From contig JAQGDQ010000159.1 in assembly GCA_030141605.1 (NCBI GenBank), forward strand, positions 248,001-312,000: 64,000 bases of DNA. Direction: 5' to 3'. The number at the start of each line of letters is the position of its first letter. The first letter of the stretch is position 1. This DNA comes from Tubiluchus corallicola (lineage: Eukaryota; Animalia; Priapulida). This document shows positions 1 to 13,271 of this stretch, one piece after another. The notes under the pieces are model-generated. The model was given only the letters and a program-made list of their open reading frames with translations, was not told the DNA's origin and did not search any database. The translations under genes and the position numbers were made by a program.

Positions 1-1849
1 AATTAATTATGGCATTGTTTTGAATGACGTATTATTACCCTGCAAATTAAATAATTACAAAGCCTTAAGCCAAATTACAGAATCACAAACGAATTAATTT
101 CGCACGTCACTATGTAACTCATCGCATTCACAATGCAGTGTAAGGCAAATAAACGGTTTTGTTATTAAAAATTTCACTAAAGGAAGACCTAAAATTTTTC
201 TGAATAGTAAGCCAAATATTTTTATTAAATTTTTGGTAATATAGTAGCAAAATTTTTATATATTAAGCAAATGTACTCTTACACGACTAACGTCTCTGTG
301 ATATTGTTAATAAGTAACTGTGTAATTAAGTTTAGCCGGTAGGTATATTTGCCTCTAATAACAAATCAAACTTTTTAGAGTCATTCTTGGTCACGTCCTA
401 GTACAGTATTTGCAAATATTATTAATTAAACTGAAAACCACTACATTTTAACACTAGGTAACTTTTGTGTAAAATTAATGTTTGTATTTGTTTTTGTTGT
501 TATGGTGTTTATAAAGGCTTATCGTGAAATAAACAGTTAGTTACTTATACTTACTAGTCGCAACGATTTTCCTAGTTGTGGGTTTAGTTGGGAGAAATTT
601 ACATAACTTTAGAAAAGCGGCAAACCCACCTTGTATGTGAACTTGAAAATAAATCCTGTTAAGCATTTAATTACAAAAGGAAAACGAAGTTTATGGCTAG
701 TTATTTAATTTTGTAAAGGAGGTGCTTTGGGTCGTTTGGCTCCTTTGATACGATTATAGTGTTTCGCAAGGTGTTTAGGCTTCTCGTGTTTTGGCGGGAC
801 GGGAAGATTATTTTGTGGATTAAATTTGTCATTCAAAGTACCGCCTGTGCAAAAATGAGCAAAAATACAACTGACCCATACTTCACATACAGCACAATAG
901 AGTCGACTGACCGAGACCCACTCAACGAAAATAATTGAGTCAGTAGACTAGTCTAAACCAGTGTCCTAACTGGCCCAGTTATACTCAATTAAGTTATTGA
1001 TATAAACTTCAATTTGTACTGCCTGCATTTGTTATGAAGATCAGTGTGTGCATTATAACTGTTCTGCCCTTAAGCGCAATGTGCACCGCAGTGACGCATA
1101 TAATCTATCACTTCCTGCGGTTTAACCTACAAAACATTTCCGTCCCTAAAACAAGCAAGGTTTTGTGCAAATTTCTGCTTCGGTTCTAATTAAGTGTAAC
1201 AGCCCTTTATTTAAGACGGTGAAATTCTTAGTAAAAAGTATTTCTGTATTGAGATTTTTGCAAAATAATAGTACAAACTTTCTACATTAGACCTGTAGAC
1301 CATGGAAAAAATAAAGTAATAGTATAAAATGATGTTGACTGCAGGTGTAGTTGATAATATGAAATGAAAAAAGATTGAAGCGCCTATGTAGCTAGTACCT
1401 TAACAAAATTTGATGCAGCACCACTATCATATTTTTATTAGCCCTGTAGAACTACTGGGAAATTAATTAAAGGACCAAGGTTTGTTGAAGAAAACCAGTA
1501 ATTATTATGATCTAGAGTTCAGAAGTGAGTAAACGGGAAATTGTTGCTGTCGTATAGTCAGTGATACCAAAATTAGGTTGATTCATATATATATGTATAT
1601 TATGCCTACATAATATATGTACCTGTACTCAGCTTTAGAAAACTGTAGAACTACTGGGAAATTATATATATAATAATTAATATATAATATTATACCTACA
1701 TCAGCATGTACTCAGCTTTAGAAAACTAATGTGCATGCTCTGAAAGCTTTTCGCTGTTATAGTACTAAAAAGAAGTTTATATGTTTGCCGTTTGTGGGAC
1801 ATTATTTCTTCTTAAATTCCGAACAAGTACTTAAATTCCGGGCTAAGTT

Positions 1850-2499
1850 GCACGGAATTGTTATCACTACATTTTCAGAAAAAATCGATTCCTTTTGTTA
1901 TAACTCGCGCAGCGAGAAAGTTCATTTCGCACAGAAACCACGCAGTTTTTCCGCTAGTCCAGTTAGCTCCAGTCATTGTTTTTATTGGTGGCAATTTATA
2001 CAAACTGTACGAATCATATTTAAAAAATTTATTTATAAGACCAGTTCATTTCTAGGGTAGCCACTAACAACTTCATAGATGAGCATGGATAAATAATGAT
2101 TATATACATGTGTTGTTTATTTGTTTTCGTGAATGTAATAATAAAACAAAAGAACCGTTTATACAATAAAAGATAGATTAACAAGTTATATAATATTTTT
2201 ACCGAAATAGGTTAATTATTGTGCAGTAAATAAAAAAGAAGTAACTGAGCAGTTAACTTTTTATGTGAACTTCGCGCGGAATCCTCACGAAAATGGAGCA
2301 TACTGCATTTCTATCAAGTTGCAAATTTCCTTGTGACGAGCATGCGAATTCTTCACGAGCATTCTACGAGAAATGTTCCTCATGAAGCGTCTGCGTGAAA
2401 TGTGCCATAGAAAGCAATGTGTTTCATTTTCGTGAGCAATGCTGCAAAGAATTTTTCCTCGTTGAATTTTACCGCGCGTTCTCTGTGTGAAACTGGCCC
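1850..2499. mobile_element. Decayed dispersed repeat (Harbinger-like MITE remnant), copy 1
   Basis: The reverse complement of 1850-2030 aligns by eye with 46620-46791 (GCTAAC(T/A)GGAC..GCGGAAAAA..GAAATGAACTTT..CAATTCCGTGC). The right end reads GGGCCAGTTTCACAC on the minus strand, resembling PIF/Harbinger termini; the family call is inference. Confidence 0.55.
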
Positions 2500-4266
2500 T
2501 GCTGGACAATAACATACCGGCGATTGGCCGTATTGCTGATAGAAGTTTTTTAATGCTTCGAAATCTTTCTTACACAGTACTCTTCATTTATTATATCAGT
2601 GTATTAGTAGCCCTTTTCGTCAAATTTCTCTCACGTTGCCCAGTTACTTTTTGAAATCCTACATAGTTTCCACGAAATTAATTACCCTTTCCCGGTTTTG
2701 TAGTTTATTTTTCCTTTGGTTTTGCGCATTTGCTTTATTTCTGTTTCTGTTTAGCAGAGATGGAGAGATCTTTGGTGGGAAGTGTTACTTTTCAGCAATG
2801 ACTTCAGGTTAGCAGTTTTCTTGCTCTTTTTTCGCATCTCCCTTACATTTAATGAACGAGTTACAAATCACTGGCGCGCAACTTACTTCTGTTTAAAATT
2901 TCATTTAAGTTATAGAAATATTTGCAATATTTTAGAATTAACGACGATTTTCTGTTGCTCGAGATTGGTCCATGCTACACACAGTTGTGAAAATTGTACT
3001 TGGTATACATTGCTTGTTAACAATTTTTTTGATAATATCACATTGTGTTACAAAGCCGTCATAATGCACCAAGTTATTTCGCCAGGTGTATTGTAACCTT
3101 TGGAACGCTTGTATGATCACATTCTGTGCGATTATGAGTTCACTTTTCTTTTATTACAATCCATCAAACACGTTTTAACAATAAAGGCTATCTGCTGCAG
3201 CGATTGCTCGTGCCAGGTTAAAATCGTATTAATAACAGTGAAAAAGAATAAAAGATAATTTAGTACACAACGGCGCTAGCTGTAGGACTTAATATTTTCA
3301 CTAAATTCAAAGTTTTCGTCAGAAATGTGGATCAAAAATTGGGTACGTTTCATAACTTAGATGGACTTTAATTAAGAAAACCTGTTTTTGAACACTTTCA
3401 ATAACATCAGTCGAATAACTAAGAAATAATGATAATGTTAATAATTATGATGGTAACGATGATAATGACGGCAATGATGACGGTCGAGACCACGATAACG
3501 GCGAAGATAGTAATGACTGACGACACTGACACTAGATAATCAATAACTAGATAAGACAGTATATTGTATACTACTTACTTGAAGAAATAATAGAGAAACA
3601 ACGCATAGGACACCGACTACAGATGCCATTATTTTCGTCTCGCTGGTAAAGAAAAAAGAATAATTTTATTTATACCTCAGCGGTATTTTTCTTAATTACT
3701 GATTTTAGTCTTTTTGAGAAATCAAAGGTTTTTTTTCAGCAATATTTATATTTAAGTTAAACTGTCAACATTAAAAGCATTAAACAATAGTAACACAATC
3801 TTGTAAAAATTTTGTGTTGAGAACATTATATTGAAAAAAATTATTGCTTATTTCTAAAATGTTCCCTTTTCTAAAAAGACACATTTAGAACGTGTTTGTC
3901 AACACACTTCACACTTCATGATGGAATACTTTAAAGTTTTTTGACGAAGTTACAAATGTAATACAATATTATGAAAATGTGAAAATTCCATATTGAAATT
4001 GAAATGATTAAATAGATTCTTCTAACTACATATATTTATTTAATGTCTACAGTCATTTGTTATTTAAGTGCAGGTTAAAATTTGGAACTATTAGTCCTAT
4101 TTATTACAAATATCGGTTTCTAATAAAACCTACCCTAGTTTTTTCACATATCTTGGACATGTGAGACTATCGCTGATTAATGTAATTAATGTGGTGCGCT
4201 AGTCAAGTTCTTACATTCAAAAAGAAAACTCGCAGAAGACTTTTTTATGCAAGCACAATTCCAATA

Positions 4267-4352
<86 letters not shown>
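4267..4352. repeat. (AAT)n microsatellite
   Basis: Pure AAT run seen directly; it explains the poly-N/I/L ORFs at 4186-4514. Confidence 0.97.
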
Positions 4353-4354
<2 letters not shown>

Positions 4355-6413
4355 CAGAGGCGAAGGATGACAAAAAGGATACGAGTTTTACACAAATAGC
4401 TGGACAAGGTGATACTATAATAAATATATAATAGGAAAAAAGCTGTTTAGTGTTTGAGTGTTTAGCTAATGCAATACGAAACTTACCTTTGAAAAAAATA
4501 TCTTCCCGCAACAATAATTGAGACTGAGTGTTTCTTAAGATTCTGGGATAAACAATATTTCAAACGTGTCCCTAAATTGCTTTGTTATCTTTGATCATCT
4601 TTAACCAGACAGCTGCACTGCAATTTTCCTGACCCGACAAATGTATATAACACCACGCACTTTTTTGTAATGAACACGTATTGTTGACTGGTGAAACTGA
4701 ATTGCATTATGAGGGTGAAAAGAATGAAATTTGTTGCGCTTTATAATTAGTGAAATTAGGTACTTTCTAGTGGATGGTTGGGCAAAAAGGACCGCTTTGA
4801 CCTGGTGTTCCCTCTCTAGCGTGGCGTGTGACACAGATCCATGTTCCGCAATTATTAGCATGTTCATTACCTTATCAACTCAGTTAGATATATCACGGTT
4901 AGATATATGCAACACGGAATTGTTGTGGAAAGTGTTAACTTGGTTTTTAATCATTATATTAGATTAAATTAATTTGTACTGGCCATAAATGATAAAATTA
5001 TGTATATAATTAAACAAATCAGGTAATGACCTATATTTAGAAGACAGGCGTATTTTTGTAAGCAAAATTCGCTGTTTCCTTAGTATAGGAACTTAATGGC
5101 TTTCGTTAACCGAAATGCAAATGCTCTTTAATAAAGTACTGTTATGATCTTTCAGTTTTTTATTTATCACGAAATAAACATTGATACTTTTATCATTTAG
5201 AAGACGCTTCAAAGGAAAGAAAAACAAAAAAATCAAAGGAAAGGAAACACATAAAAGGCTGCACGCATTACGTGTGCATGTATGGTTTTCCCTTTCTTTT
5301 GTTAGCAGATTATACGAGTCTGCAGAACAAATTAGAAAATGCTATTTAGACCAAGTGCAAAGCATTTTAGCGGCTTCGAAGGAAAATTTTCTTGGCTATT
5401 TTGAAAAGGGAAAACATGACCATAACGTCATCGCTACGGTGTAGACACTTGCGGAATGAATTTAATGCGCAGTTTAGCGTTTTGACATATATAGTTATAA
5501 TTTTCGTCATTTTATGATTTTACTCTCCCATTATGAAATCACTGTGATCCTTTTCTACGAATTGTGCTTTCTGATTATGCCCTCATTTGGCACAAGTTTA
5601 GCACCCCTATCATAAACTGTGATTTTTGTAATTAGTAATATAAAAAGTCGTCCTGGTAAAGCTGTCTGATTACATAAAGGATGATGAGGGAAGGGATGCT
5701 TGACGGATCAGAATGTAGTTATCCTCGCACCATGCTAGAACTTTTGCACAAAGGAGCTTCTTAGTGCCTTTTTGATATCTTTCCCTTGTTAAAATTATTT
5801 TCAAACCTGCACACGTTCAATACACAATACAATGTAAGCAATTTCCGTGAAAAGATTTCCTGACTTTTATTAAATCATTTGTGGAATAGCCGTCGAATCT
5901 TACAGTTACGATGTTGTTTTAAAGTGCAGAGTTTATTGTGATTCCAGGGAATCAAACTAGTTAGAGTTTTTTGATTAAACACGAAGCAGTGTTATAAGCT
6001 ATATGAGGTGACACAAGAAATCAATTAATGTAAGATAGATTTTCTGACAAGTCACTAGTGTTGTGACTGTTGGCATAAAACTTGAATTCTGTCTTTTAAC
6101 AGCCAAGTGGCGGAAAAGCAACAGTTCAACCGGTTACGTACTGATCGACCTATAAGTTTAGGTTCGATTCTACGTTCGTGTGGCACAAAATACCTGCTTA
6201 TTTTAGCCAAGCGCATGAAATTGTGCATTTATTAGAATAAAAAGAATGCAATGATAGGCTCCTTACACTATCGCAGATCTTGAAAGGATATCTGTTGCTT
6301 CGGCAGTGGTGGTAGTACGTGCAGGTTTACTGACTATATGATTGCAGTTCGGAGTCTAAACTTCGGGCAGTGATGATGCACTGCAAAGTTACATATTACA
6401 AACGTATTAAATA

Positions 6414-6768
6414 CAGGATGTCCCCCAATGTACTTCATTTGCAATCGCCGCTTGAAAGATATTGGAATCGAATGCCTGTTAAAATTTCAGGCTCTTATTC
6501 AGATTGCCTCTACTTGGGTACAATTGATTCAAAAAACTCCAATGAAAGTCCCAAGTGCAGAAATTTTGCAAAATCGCCCAAAGTCCAGATAATCGTATAC
6601 AGCACAAATGCTCTTTATGCGCTAAAGGTGCCCACATACAGTAAATGGAATAAGGCAGTAGCTGTAGCGCAAACTTTGACAAATATTTTCTACATCATAA
6701 TAACCCTAATTAAATTATCTTTTCAATTACCTAAATTAATTTTGTAAACAGACTTTCTGGATACCCTG
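6414..6768. mobile_element. Tc1/mariner-like non-autonomous element (MITE), degenerate
   Basis: TA|CAGGATGTCC ... GGATACCCTG|TA: imperfect CAGGGTGTCC-type terminal inverted repeats flanked by TA on both sides. Confidence 0.55.
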
Positions 6769-9700
6769 TATATTGCCGCCATCCATTCGTGAGATCATAA
6801 AATAGTAGAAGACAGTTAAGTTGTTTGGCCTAATTATAAAGAACGAAACGCCTTCATAATTTTGTCAGAACCGAAAATCTTTAACATTGTTTATTACGCA
6901 ATTATGCTACGCTTTTAAATATTAATAAACCCTATGAAAAGCTAAGCGGACGGACATGGACAGTACTGTTATTCAGGCAAAACCAGTTTAATTAATGAGC
7001 GCGTTAGGTTAAATCTTTATTCGGTGACTGCTTAGATTAGGAAGAATAAATAACACAAAACAAATATTTATGCACCTGCACACCAAAATAAATGAGTTAA
7101 CAAACAAAGTACGTTTTAGAATAATTTAGTTTTAGGAAAGTTTAATTTTTGTTTATGCTGTATTTTACAAAATTAATAACTTACTTTGAAAAGACATTTT
7201 GCAAAATTAATTAATTTAAAAAGTTTTATTTTAGCCGTAACACAAAAAGTTCCACAAATCTTCATAAAGCATTTTGATTGTAATAAAAGAAAAACAAGTT
7301 TTGTTTTTCTGCTTAAAGTAGGTTAATTAGTTCATAGGTAACACAAGTTCACGCTTGTTCAACTCAAACGTCAAATATCATGTTACAAAATTAATACTGA
7401 AACCACGCTTTTAATTATGACATTTTGCTGAATGCTGCGTAAGCAAGAACGAATGGAAGATCCAACGAAATAGTCAATATATTCAAGTGCCGATGAAATG
7501 TAGTTTCATTCAGAAAACCCATGTTTCGTTGCTAAACCCTAGTTTCGGTCCAGAAATAAGAGGTTTGCTTTTAAACTCTAATTTTGTTAAGAATACTGTG
7601 TTATGCTTTGAAAACTGAAATCATGAGTTTCACTTGTAAACCGTAGTTTCGCACAGAAATATTAGGCTTTGCTCAGAAAACTTTATTGGGCAGAGTCAAG
7701 CGAGCGAAACTCTAGTGTGGTTCTCAAAAAATCGTAATTATAGTTGCTAAGATGACACGCAACTTCATAAGTTTACGCGCACATGGTTTGCTGCTTAAAA
7801 CAAAGGATTTTTTGTTCAATATAAACGTGAGCTGTTTCCGAAATTTTGGATGTTTTGAAATGAATGCAATTAATTGTTGAAGCCGAACAAAAGAGCCTTA
7901 AAAACGGCATTTGGTTATTTCACACTTGACTCGCTTCATATTATTTCATAAAGTTTGGTTTAAAACGTTTCATGTCATCTCAATTTCCCTATGTACATTT
8001 CTCAGAAAAGATACAACATGGCGCAATACACTGTCAACACTAGGCAAAGTAAGCAAAGTTACTCGTTAAACGCAGTTTGGGAGAAGCATTTCTGTTTAAT
8101 TACGGAAAAAACGTACGTCAACATTTTTAACAATAACTAGTGTAAAATAATGCTTGGTCTCGATAGATGGAAAACAGTCATAAGACTTTAATCTTTATAA
8201 TACTAAGCTAACGCTAATTAATAAGGTTTTTGATTTAAAATGAGTTTTAACGGTCTGTTTTGATCGCTTGCCAAGATTTTAATCATTCCGTTAAAATTTA
8301 TTTACGGTACGGCTGAGGAAATGAAATTAAAGACCGCAATTCAATATATATCACACATTAATTTTGATGCAAAGCGGCTACTCAAGTATAGAGCTGCAAA
8401 AACTGTTCATAAGCCGCTATAGGTAAAATTACCAACACTAGGTTTTATCATTCCAACTGTTTTCTAAAGTAATATTTTTATGAAATCTAAACTTGATTTT
8501 TTTGCGGTTGCCAAACCTTGGTTTTTATTTGATCGTATATCGGAAGGCATGTTTTTATATTAGTAGGATGTTATAAGTGCAGTTAAATACACACGCAAAC
8601 ATAATAAAAATTATTGAAAATCACCTGTCGCTGCAATCTAAGTAATAAAATAGATTTGGTGGAGGTTAAAGACGAGACAAATTTCCCTGCAGAGCAGAGA
8701 CGGCAACTCGAAATCAATTTTAGTGTCTTACAATATTTGAGAGAGTTGCCATTACGGACATGTGTGTGAACGAGCCCTTTACATCACTTTTTGTCGAGTT
8801 CATATTGTTGATGTATGGGAATCTACGACTAGGTCGATATGAGATAGCACGCTGATTCTGCAAGTGAAGGTCAACATGGGAATCAGATGCCGAAACTGTC
8901 AGGTTTGAGGGGCCATGGTGACATTGTAAATTATGCAACATGCTGAATCACTTTTGCTTGACATTTGCGATAAGCACACATAAGTATGACTTTAGTTGGA
9001 CAAACAACAAGGAACGGATTGACTTCATTTTGTTTTCAGTGTTTCGCGGATTTTAAGAATTTGTACGAATTTCTCTGTGACTGACTGATACAAGGTTCAC
9101 ATAAACCCTTTACATCAACTTCGGTACATTGAGAGCGGGCTTTTCGAGTTACGAAAATTACGTCACGTGGTAAAGATGTAAGAAAGTTTAATCGAAGAGA
9201 AGCCCTTAGATATCAAAAATGTGGGAAAGGTCCAAGATCAATCGAATCTTGCTTAGTCGACGCCGCTTATAACTATAAAAAAGATTCTATAGCCATCCTA
9301 CATTCTTTTATTTTAGTTTAGATCCCATTTGCTCCCCACGAGCAATATTCCGTTTGTTGTTTGTCTGTCTGTCTATTTTTTGTTAGCTTGTTTTAAGTTT
9401 TACATAGTCGGGCACACTGTAAACCAGAATCCTGCCCCAGTGGCTTGCTTATTAAACGTTGAATGGTTGCATGTGTTTCATTATAAAGGATAATTCATTA
9501 AGTGAACACCTAACCAGCAGAAATGAATGCATCGTGTTCAACGAATAAAAATGAATAGGCAGTACGATTGATGAAATTCACCAGAAGCAGTTTCACGACA
9601 AAAACAACTACATTTTCTTTTACTTATCTAAGCACACGGAGTATTTACCCTGTTACTCACCTAGCCTCTTTGTTTTCGTGATTGAGTAAGTTTCTCTTAT

Positions 9701-10590
9701 AATTAATGTTTCCTGGTCTTCATAGCTCTTCTCAGTACTCACGTAATTGTAAGGATGTTCAGTTTACTCACCCAAGACTTCGGGTATCCATTCAAAAACC
9801 CTGGATGTGCAGTCTCCAAGTATCGAAACTGGTATCGTTTGAGAATCGAGAGAATCTAATTTTAGATTAATAAAACGAAAAAAGAAGCTTCTAACTAATA
9901 GATATTAAATAGACATCACCTTACTTAATGCGAGCCTAACCAGCCTAGTCAAATAATTTTTAAGCTAGAAGGGCCATTTTTGAAGGTTTTCGCCCTTCGT
10001 TCCTCCCAGTGGGCCCGATTTTTACATGTCAGAGAACAAAATTTTATAGGACGCTTTGTTTCATTTAAAACTATTATTGTGGTGATTAAGAACAAACGTT
10101 GAAACTTTGTGTATGTACGAGTGTTTTCCTTTCGTCTAAAACCTAAAACTAAGGAATAAAGATTCGAACTTCACTTTTAGCCTTTCAACAGTATTGCTTG
10201 TTGTAGGTCTAAGCTATGTGATTGATGAGGATTGTAATTTCATAATTTTTTGATACGATACTTTTGTTTTGGCGCTGCAGTAAAAAGATGGTGACTTAAT
10301 GAAAAATTATTGACATGTCAATAAAAAGGATAAAAATGTAATTTAACAGTTGCTCGTAGGCAGGTAGGTAAACTTTGCTTTACGCTTAACAGTTTACATA
10401 ATATGTTTACATAATAGTTTATTATTATTAAGCCGGCACGATTGATTGCCGTTTTTAGTGTACTGTTGACTTAAGTTCAAGTTGTTTGTTTCAGTCTTTC
10501 AGTACAAAATAATAATATCAACACGACATACATGAATACTTGAATAATTTTTGGAAGGAGTTTACAATTTTCCACACAATTTAAATACTT

Positions 10591-10680
10591 TAACCTTAAC
10601 CCTAACATTAAACCCAATCCTAACCCTAACCCAACCCTAACCCTAAACCTAACTCCAATCCGAACCCCTAACCCTAATCC
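10591..10680. repeat. Degenerate interstitial telomere-like (TAACCC)n tract
   Basis: taaccttaaccctaacattaaacccaatcctaaccctaacccaaccctaaccctaaacctaactccaatccgaacccctaaccctaatcc. Confidence 0.8.
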
Positions 10681-11198
10681 GCTCTTTAGCCTAATTTTTT
10701 ACTACACTAGAAACGCATTTTTACCAGAGCATAAAGCATGAACACCTTACCTTTAATATAGAGGCTTACAAGTTACATTTGAAGCTGAAGGTCATATATT
10801 TTAATGTGCTTTTGCGTTGGCTTCAGAGACAGCCACCTCTCTGCCTGTTGCAGTAACTATTAATTGAATGTTGTTGCCCGAGTTACATAGGTTAGGTTAG
10901 GTAATAATAGAATGACGTAATTACAACTGTTGCGTCGGTTAGTTAGTGACGTCATGTACAAGTCGTGTATTGCCTTGCTGTTAAATGACTGATTGACTGA
11001 TCTAAAATATTTTCTGTTTTTTCCTTAATTGTTTATGGTACTTAAATAAAGTGTGACTGACTCGAATATTTTTGTTTAATCACCATAGCCTTTCCTAGTC
11101 AAAATTGTCCGGCCACCACACCATGAATCAATTGTGACCTTCTTCCAAGTCACACTATTTTCCTAGGCAAATCTCCCAAGTATATTCTTGGAGCTAAC

Positions 11199-11592
11199 TT
11201 TGAAAGTTCACTGCATGTAAATCTGCTTGTAAAGCAAATTTATATAATTTTATTAAGATTAATGAAATCAATCATACAGTAATCGTACAAACAAAGCTAG
11301 TTCAACTGTTCTCGTTTTGGGTAACAATACGACAGCTTATTACATTTCTTGTGAAATATGTTTAATTCAAGTGTTTAGGCTATAATAATCACAAAGACCG
11401 TGCTTTGAAAGTTTTCACTATGTAAAACTGTATACATAGCAAGTTTATACACTAAGATTAAGAAACCATACAGTAATCGTATAAATAAAGCTAGCTCAAC
11501 TCTTTGTTTTGGATAATAATACCACAGCTCATATTTTTGTGTCGAATATGTTTATTTGAAGTGTTTAGGCTAATATATATCATAAAGATGGT
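11199..11592. repeat. Old tandem duplication, period about 194-205 bp
   Basis: CATACAGTAATCGTA..AAAGCTAG..AAGTGTTTAGGCTA occurs at 11273 and 11467; the upstream TTGAAAGTT..ATGTAAA..TAAGATTAA segment is also repeated. Confidence 0.85.
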
Positions 11593-12543
11593 GAAGTAAA
11601 ATAAACTAATTTTGAATATGTAATAACATTGTGATAATATTACTATTGCTAACTTGTTAAGCCTAAAGAATTCAAATCGCGTAATAATTCTAACCAATAA
11701 TTGACAATAAGATATTATAATTACATATCAATGTGCAAGTAACAAATACCGGTTGCCACACAACATGGCATTGCATGTAGTTTACAAATGTTTTCCAAGT
11801 TTGGCTGGCCATCTCCTTATAATTTTTTAAGCTATGAGTCACTACCAAATATTTTTCTGGAAGTGTGCTTACGTTCCTTACTTAAAGCAACTCAAGCTAT
11901 TTTACATTCACTAACCCACATCAGCCCTTCTGGGACACCTAACCTTTCTACGAGTGCCATCTGTTTGACTTTTGATCTTTTACCTAAATTGAATCCCAGT
12001 ATTGCCAACTCAAAAATTTCTTCTTTCTCAATGTCGGTCCAGGATTTTTCTTGGTATCGAATTCTACAGGTGAAATAGAATGCGCAGCAGTAACCTTGAC
12101 CTTTTGACTTGCTGATTAACTGTGTTATAGCCCTATTCTTATGTATCTGTGGAATCTGTTCTGTAGAAAATTGGGTTTGTAAGTAGATGCAAATTGTAAA
12201 ATGCCACCAAAGCTGAGCTCTCATCCACGTACTTGCAGTAAGCAATTTTATACCATGCACCAGACCTGTACTATACTTATCACCAATTCATTCTCACGCA
12301 CCTATTCTTAAAACCTTAGGAGGAGATAGACTGCCAAATTTCTCAGAACGTTAGTCTCTGATCTTGTGCAAATCACACAAGATATTGCAATCAGATGTTA
12401 TGTGGTTGCCAAGCTTCTTTGCGATTTTGTTTCATTTTACACCTTTGTTTCTTCGACCTTTTCTTCTTCATCATTTCTGCATTAATCTTCTAAGGCCTTG
12501 CTCTTCGCAAACCAAGGTATAACGTTTCGTCCTGTGTGTAAAG

Positions 12544-13271
12544 TTACTGCTCACGTGAATTGTTTTTGTTAGAATTCGATGTTTCAATCAAACCTATTTT
12601 TTGTGCAAATTTCGTGCATTTTGACGCAACTTCCTCTTGGACTAAATTGAAACACATAGATATGAGTGCAAGTCCTACCAATAAGTAAAGCGCACAGGTA
12701 GCTAGTTTCACCTGCGCTCCGCCGCCCTGTGATAACACCGACGCACCCGGTACAAAATCACCGAAGCCAATCGTGCTCAAGGTCACGAAACAGAAGTAAG
12801 CTCCATCCAAAAAGTTCCACTTCTCCCACATTGCAAATATAAAAGCTCCTAGTAGAATGTACAGCACCACTACCGAGAGACAAAGCGACACCGGAACTGT
12901 CACTTTGTGCAGTTGGTAATCGGAATTCTGGTAAATGTGTTCATTGCTTGAAGTTTGAAGTTTGCTGCCTATGTTGGCGACAATTTCCTGTAATTCCACG
13001 CAGTGACACTTTTCAGCATGTTCACATGATGCACTCACAGCACCTGGGTTGCTCAACGAATTCCCATTATTGACCTCGGTCTTTTTTCCCTTGTCTCTAG
13101 TTTTTAGCTTGTTGTAATGGTGTTGGCATGCCGCGTAGATGTATTTGAATGCGTGTGCCATTACGTCACCAATATTGGCTAAGCACAAAAGCATGACTGG
13201 AATTCCAACTAATGCGTAGATGATTGTCACCACTTTGCCTGTATTGGTGCGAGGTGCTAAGTTTCCGTAAC
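12544..13271 (-). CDS. K2P (two-pore-domain, TWK/KCNK-like) potassium channel gene A, coding exon 2 (end of P1, M2, loop, M3, P2, M4, stop)
   Basis: Acceptor TTTGTTTCTCAG|GT TAC GGA AAC gives (G)YGNLAPRT; M2 VVTIIYALVGIPVMLLCLANIG; P2 WNFLDGAYFCFVTLSTIGFGDFVPG; M4 LYLLVGLALISMCFNLVQE; stop TAA at 12546-12544. Confidence 0.96.

Noticed and set aside
1444-1730. Local repeats (CTGTAGAACTACTGGGAAATTA twice; TGTACTCAGCTTTAGAAAACT twice)
   Set aside because: Real but small slippage-type duplications with no sign of function.
4186-4514. Poly-Asn/Ile/Leu ORFs (also near 19325, 33468, 51164 and 54696)
   Set aside because: Artefacts of (AAT)n tracts with no coding context.
12880-12915. Calcineurin LxVP docking motif (HKVTVP) as in TRESK
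   Set aside because: It does not fit LxVP and is the usual entry into helix M3 in this channel group.
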